DNA of 64,000 nt, taken from an uncultured Verrucomicrobiae bacterium. GTDB lineage: Bacteria; Verrucomicrobiota; Verrucomicrobiia; Chthoniobacterales; JAATET01. The stretch spans positions 32,001 through 96,000 of the forward strand of contig CAVRCI010000008.1 of assembly GCA_963719495.1 (NCBI GenBank), written 5' to 3'. This document shows, one piece after another, positions 59,137 through 64,000 of the stretch (positions are counted from its first letter, which is position 1; every line of letters begins with the position of its first letter). The position numbers and the translations under genes are program-made. The notes under the pieces are model-generated. The model was not told where the DNA came from. It made no database searches and worked only from the letters and a program-made list of their open reading frames with translations.

Positions 59137-60390
59137 GTGAGAGGCTTGTTTCGTTGTTTCGTCGGCGCCGCGGCTGGGCTGTTGCTGGCGGTGGGTTGCT
59201 CGCGGGTGGCGGAGCCGCCGATCCGGGTCGGGGTCTTGCATTCCGAGACCGGGACGATGGCGATGAGCGAGCGAGCCGTGATCAACGCGACTCTGCTCGC
59301 GATTGAAGAAATCAACGAGGCCGGCGGCTTGCTGGGACGGCGGATCGAGCCGGTGATCACGGACGGGGCCTCCGATCCGGCGAGGTTCGCGGTGGCGGCG
59401 GAGCGGCTGCTGGCGGGCGAGGGGGTGAGCGTGATCTTCGGTTGCTGGACTTCGGCGAGTCGGAAGTCCGTGGTGCCGGTCGTCGAGGCGGCGGGCGGGC
59501 TGCTGTTTTATCCGCTGCAATACGAGGGGATCGAGCAGTCGCCGAACGTCGTCTACACGGGGGCGACGCCGAATCAGCAGGTCGTCCCGGCGGTGAGCTA
59601 CGCGTTGCGGGAATTTGGGCCGCGGGTCTTTCTGGTCGGCTCGGATTACGTCTTTCCCCGGATGACGAATCTGATCATTCGCGATCAGGTGAAGGCCCTG
59701 GGCGGACGCGTGGTGGGTGAGGAGTATCTCCCGCTGGGCGGAACGGACGTGGGCGGAATCGTCGACGCCATCGTCGCGGCGCGGCCCGACGTGATCCTCA
59801 ACACGATCAACGGCGACTCCAACGTCCCGTTCTTCGCCGCGTTGCGCGCGATGGGGATCACGCCGGAGAGCGTCCCGACGATGTCGTTCAGCATCGGCGA
59901 GACCGAGCTGGCCCAGATGGAGCCGGGGACGATGGCGGGCGACTACGCGGCGTGGAATTATTTTCAGAGTCTGGACTCGGACCTCAACCGGACGTTCGTC
60001 GACGCTTACCGGGAGAGATTCGGGCGCGACGCCGTGACGTCGGATCCGATGGAGGCGGCTTACGCCGCGGTGAATCTGTGGGCGCGGGCGGTTCGCGACG
60101 CGAGATCGGTGGATCCCGCGGCGGTGCGGGCGGCGATCGGGGGTCAGGGATTTCACTCGCCGGAGGGGTTGGTCTACGTGGACGAGGAGACGCAGCACAC
60201 CTGGAAATCCGCTCGCGTGGGCCGGGTGCGGGCCGATGGGCAGTTCGACGTCGTCTGGGAATCCGACAAGCCCGTGCGGCCGATGCCGTTTCCGATCTTC
60301 CGGACGCGCGCGGAGTGGGAGCGGGCGCTGGAGGATTTGCGAATGGAATGGGGCGGGGCCTGGTCGAACCCGGAGGCGGTGGCTCCATGA
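59137..60390 (+). CDS. UrtA/AmiC-like periplasmic substrate-binding lipoprotein
   Basis: LLLAVGC lipobox; [61 protein letters not shown]. Confidence 0.88.
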   Translation: MRGLFRCFVGAAAGLLLAVGCSRVAEPPIRVGVLHSETGTMAMSERAVINATLLAIEEINEAGGLLGRRIEPVITDGASDPARFAVAAERLLAGEGVSVIFGCWTSASRKSVVPVVEAAGGLLFYPLQYEGIEQSPNVVYTGATPNQQVVPAVSYALREFGPRVFLVGSDYVFPRMTNLIIRDQVKALGGRVVGEEYLPLGGTDVGGIVDAIVAARPDVILNTINGDSNVPFFAALRAMGITPESVPTMSFSIGETELAQMEPGTMAGDYAAWNYFQSLDSDLNRTFVDAYRERFGRDAVTSDPMEAAYAAVNLWARAVRDARSVDPAAVRAAIGGQGFHSPEGLVYVDEETQHTWKSARVGRVRADGQFDVVWESDKPVRPMPFPIFRTRAEWERALEDLRMEWGGAWSNPEAVAP

Positions 60391-63134
60391 TCCGGCAGCG
60401 GCGCATTTCCACCGAGTTGATCGTGTGGTTTCTGTTGCTGGCGGTGGTCCCGCTGGGTTTCGGCACGTGGCTCAACTACTCGGCGTCGCGGCAGTTGCTG
60501 AGCGAGGTGATCGAAACGAACCTCGCTTCGATCGGTCAGCGGCAGGGTGGGCGCATCGAGGAGTATCTGCACGCGAAGGAGGAGAGCCTGACAGCGCTGG
60601 CCGACAGCGGGACTCCGGCGGAGGCGTTGAGACTCTTCGCCGAGGCGGTCGAGGCCTCGGGGGGGGCGACGAATTTCGCCTACCGGGTGGCGGTCGCGCG
60701 GCACAGCCGGTTGCTGGAGCGTTTTCGGATCGCGATGAATCTGGAGCAGGTCTATCTGGTGAATCCGAGCGGTCGGGTGGTGCTCACGGCCGGGGGGACG
60801 GGTGAACCGCTCGGCAACTTGCTGGAGCCGCCGTTGGCGGCAAGCGGACTGGGCGAAGCGGTCGAGACGAGCTTGATGACTCTGGGGACCGTGCAATCGC
60901 GGCTCGCTGTCTTCGAGCCGGATGGGCGCCCGGCGACGTTCTTTGCGACTCCGGTTTTTGCCGACGGGATTTTCATGGGGATTCTGGCCGTCCGGCTCGA
61001 TCTGGACGAGATCGACGAGGTGGTGACCGATCCGACCGGACTGGGCGAGACCGGCGAGATGGTGGTGGCGTCGATGGACGGTGATGCGGCGGTGCTGATG
61101 ACGCCGACCCGTCACGACCCGGACGCGGCGTTTGATCGTCGAATCGAATCGGGAGCCGAGGCGGGCAATGCGGTCGTCGCGGGCGCGCTTGGCCACCGCG
61201 GCGAAGGATTGGTGACCGACTACCGAGGGGTGGAGGTGCTGGCCGTGTGGCAATACCTGCCAGCGTTGCAGTGGGGGGTCGTGGTGAAGATCGACGCCGA
61301 CGAGGCGTTCGCTCCGGTGGCGACTCTGGCCCGGCTCGCGGTGGCGGTGGCGGTCGTCGCGGTGATCCTGGCCGCGCTGGCCGCGTGGTTCGTGGCGCGC
61401 TCGTTTTCGCAGCCGATCGAGGCGCTCACGCGGGCCGTCTCGGCGGTCTCGCGGGGACAACTCGACCGCTCGGTGAGGATCTCGACGCAAAACGAAATCG
61501 GACAGCTGGGCCGGGATTTCAACCGGATGACCTCGCAGCTGCGCGACATGGTGGAGACGATGGAGGAGCGGGTTCGCCAACGGACGGCGGAGCTCGCGGA
61601 CGCCCGCGACCAGGCCGAGGAGGCCAATCGGACCAAGAGCGCCTTCCTCGCGAACATGAGCCACGAATTGCGGACGCCGATGAACGCGATCATCGGCTAC
61701 AGCGAGATGCTCATCGAGGAGGCCGAGGATCTCGGGCAGGAGGATTTTGTGCCGGATCTGCGGAAGATTCAGGGTGCCGGGAAACACCTGCTGGAGCTGA
61801 TCAACGACGTGCTCGACCTCTCCAAGATCGAAGCGGGCAAGATGACGCTTTACCTCGAGGACTTCGAGATCGCGCCCATGCTGAGTGAGGTGATTTCGAC
61901 CGTGGAGACGCTGGTCGCGAAGAACGGGAACGCGCTCGAGTTGCGGATCGGCGAAGGTCTCGGGTCCATGCGGGCGGACCTCACCAAAGTGCGGCAGACC
62001 CTCTTCAACCTGCTGAGCAACGCGTCGAAATTCACCGAAAACGGGACAATCACGCTGACCGCCGAGCGCGGCGAGGGCGATCGGATCCGGCTGGGGGTCG
62101 CGGATACGGGTATCGGGATGACGCCCGGGCAGGTCGATAAGCTCTTCCGATCCTTCACCCAGGCCGACGAATCGACGACGCGCAAATACGGTGGAACCGG
62201 GCTCGGGCTCGTGATCAGCCGGGAGTTCTGCCGGATGATGGGTGGTGACATCACGGTGACGAGCGCGGCCGGCGAAGGGTCGACGTTTCTGGTCGACCTT
62301 CCGGCGGAGGTGATCGAGCTCACGGAGGACGCGGGCGAAACGTTGTCTGCGGGGTTGGACGCCGTGGTGCCGAACCCGGCGGGGCGGACGGTGTTGGTGA
62401 TCGACGACGACGGCGACACCCGGGAGTTGTATCGGAGGACGCTGGAAAAAAGCGGTTATCGCGTGCTGGTCGCGGCGGGTGGCGAGGCGGGGTTGGAGCT
62501 GGCGCGGTCCGGTCGGCCGGACGCCATCACGCTCGATGTGATGATGCCCGGGATGGACGGTTGGTCGGTGCTGTCGGCGCTGCGGTCCGATCCGGCCACG
62601 GCGGGGATCCCGGTGCTGATGGCGACGATGCTGCGGGATCAGCAGTTGGGATTTTCGCTCGGCGCGACCGATTATCTAACCAAACCGGTCGACGCCGGAC
62701 GTCTGCGCGACGTGATCGGACGCTACGTGGATCGCGGAATCGACGCGGCGTTGATCGTCGAGGACGACGCGGATAGTCGGGAAATGCTCCGGCGAATGCT
62801 CGAGAAGGCCGGGCTGGTCGTGCACGAAGCGGCTGATGGGCGGGAGGGGCTGGACGTGGCGCGGCGGGAGTCGCCGGGCGTGATTTTGTTGGATTTGATG
62901 ATGCCGGTGATGGATGGATTCGAGTTTCTGGCGTGCCTTCGGCGCGATGCGCGGTTAAATCAAATCCCGGTCGTGGTGGTGACAGCGAAGAACCTGTCGG
63001 CAACCGATCGCGAGAACCTGAACGGCGGCGTGCAATCGGTGATCCAGAAAGACGGGATGGATCGCGATCAGCTGCTCCGCGAAGTGTGTAAACTGCTGGC
63101 CCAGACCTCCGACCCGAACGCACCGAATGGCTAA
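60387..63134 (+). CDS. Hybrid sensor kinase (TM-Cache-TM-HAMP-HisKA-HATPase-REC-REC)
   Basis: ATG at 60387; [48 protein letters not shown]; two receiver domains. Confidence 0.92.
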   Translation: MIRQRRISTELIVWFLLLAVVPLGFGTWLNYSASRQLLSEVIETNLASIGQRQGGRIEEYLHAKEESLTALADSGTPAEALRLFAEAVEASGGATNFAYRVAVARHSRLLERFRIAMNLEQVYLVNPSGRVVLTAGGTGEPLGNLLEPPLAASGLGEAVETSLMTLGTVQSRLAVFEPDGRPATFFATPVFADGIFMGILAVRLDLDEIDEVVTDPTGLGETGEMVVASMDGDAAVLMTPTRHDPDAAFDRRIESGAEAGNAVVAGALGHRGEGLVTDYRGVEVLAVWQYLPALQWGVVVKIDADEAFAPVATLARLAVAVAVVAVILAALAAWFVARSFSQPIEALTRAVSAVSRGQLDRSVRISTQNEIGQLGRDFNRMTSQLRDMVETMEERVRQRTAELADARDQAEEANRTKSAFLANMSHELRTPMNAIIGYSEMLIEEAEDLGQEDFVPDLRKIQGAGKHLLELINDVLDLSKIEAGKMTLYLEDFEIAPMLSEVISTVETLVAKNGNALELRIGEGLGSMRADLTKVRQTLFNLLSNASKFTENGTITLTAERGEGDRIRLGVADTGIGMTPGQVDKLFRSFTQADESTTRKYGGTGLGLVISREFCRMMGGDITVTSAAGEGSTFLVDLPAEVIELTEDAGETLSAGLDAVVPNPAGRTVLVIDDDGDTRELYRRTLEKSGYRVLVAAGGEAGLELARSGRPDAITLDVMMPGMDGWSVLSALRSDPATAGIPVLMATMLRDQQLGFSLGATDYLTKPVDAGRLRDVIGRYVDRGIDAALIVEDDADSREMLRRMLEKAGLVVHEAADGREGLDVARRESPGVILLDLMMPVMDGFEFLACLRRDARLNQIPVVVVTAKNLSATDRENLNGGVQSVIQKDGMDRDQLLREVCKLLAQTSDPNAPNG

Positions 63135-63507
63135 AATTCTCCTCGTCGAAGACAACGAAATGAATCGCGACATGCTGAGCCGCCGGCTCGCGCGCCGCGA
63201 CCACGAGGTGCTCATCGCCGTCGATGGTCAGGAGGGCGTCGACCGGGCGACCGCCGAGAAGCCGGACATCATCCTGATGGACATGAGTCTGCCGGTGATC
63301 GACGGCTGGGAGGCGACGCGGCGCTTGAAGGCCGACGAGGCGACCCGGGGCATCCCGGTGATCGCGCTCACGGCGCACGCGATGGCGGGGGACCGGGAGA
63401 AAACGATGGAAGCCGGGTGCGACGACTACGACACCAAGCCGATCGATCTGCCGCGGCTGCTCGAGAAAATTGCGACGCAACTGGCGAGGGTCGGCGGCGG
63501 GACATGA
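63127..63507 (+). CDS. Single-domain response regulator (DivK/CheY-like)
   Basis: [33 protein letters not shown]. Confidence 0.92.
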   Translation: MAKILLVEDNEMNRDMLSRRLARRDHEVLIAVDGQEGVDRATAEKPDIILMDMSLPVIDGWEATRRLKADEATRGIPVIALTAHAMAGDREKTMEAGCDDYDTKPIDLPRLLEKIATQLARVGGGT

Positions 63508-64000
63508 ACGATAGCCCCGACGCGCTGGCGACGCTGCGGCACGAGCTGCGGACGCCGATCAATCACATCATGGGCTACGGCGAAATGGTCGCCGAAGAAC
63601 TGGCGGATCTGGGCCGGGAGGATTTGGTCGCGGATCTCGGAAAAGTGCGGATGGCGGCGAAGCGTTTGCTGGAATTGATCGACCTCAATCTGCGGGAGGA
63701 CGGCGTCTTGGGTGGGGGAGTGGCGGCTTTGCCGCGGGTGGTGACGAGTCCTGAGCTGGAAGCTCAGGACGGCGACCTGGAAGGTCGCGCTCCCCGGGCA
63801 GCTCAGGACGGCGACCTGGAAGGTCGCGGTCCCCTCGATGCTGGCGCGTCCGGGGAGGGGCATTTGTTGGTGGTGGATGACGACGAGGGCAATCGGCGGA
63901 TTCTCTCGCGGCGGCTCACTCGGGAAGGCTATTCCGTCGTCGAAGCGGCGGACGGGGAAGAGGCGCTGTCGATCCTGCGCGAGCAGGAGTTCGACGTGGT
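63504..64000 (+). CDS. HisKA-REC signalling protein (5' part; continues beyond window)
   Basis: ATG 63504: LRHELRTPINHIMGYGEM, then HLLVVDDDEGNRRILSRRL; no stop seen before window end. Confidence 0.85.
   Translation, partial: MNDSPDALATLRHELRTPINHIMGYGEMVAEELADLGREDLVADLGKVRMAAKRLLELIDLNLREDGVLGGGVAALPRVVTSPELEAQDGDLEGRAPRAAQDGDLEGRGPLDAGASGEGHLLVVDDDEGNRRILSRRLTREGYSVVEAADGEEALSILREQEFDV
63761..63834. repeat. 39-bp tandem palindromic repeat, in frame in CDS linker
   Basis: agctcaggacggcgacctggaaggtcgcg at 63761 and 63800. Confidence 0.88.

Overview
High-GC bacterial chromosome segment. Gene content and intergenic repeat styles suggest Verrucomicrobiota, probably Chthoniobacterales/Spartobacteria-like (inference). 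1-31.2 kb is mostly housekeeping: 5'-3' exonuclease, fabG, sixA, pgl, glgA, obgE, tRNA-Gln(CTG), manC, valS, amidase, murI, phnDCE-like ABC transporter and a phosphomutase. It also carries an ECF sigma / anti-sigma-vWA / 2264-aa repeat-protein operon, a divergent HisD-homolog + kinase-fold + HAD operon, and a candidate ~200-nt structured ncRNA. 31.6-45.4 kb is an accessory-looking block with an AI-2E transporter, two secreted proteins sharing a very basic C-terminal domain, a TPR regulator, an RND pump, gene remnants and an SbtA-family permease. 45.4-64 kb is one tightly packed + strand gene run: a TE-less, fully reducing single-module type I PKS, a PhcB-like SAM methyltransferase, a membrane hybrid kinase and PhcQ/PhcR-like receiver proteins, then an orphan UrtA-like binding protein and further two-component genes. 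The best candidate for an undescribed system is this putative polyketide-methyl-ester quorum-sensing circuit, resembling Ralstonia phcBSRQ but with its own PKS. All family calls come from motif recognition by eye; no searches were run.
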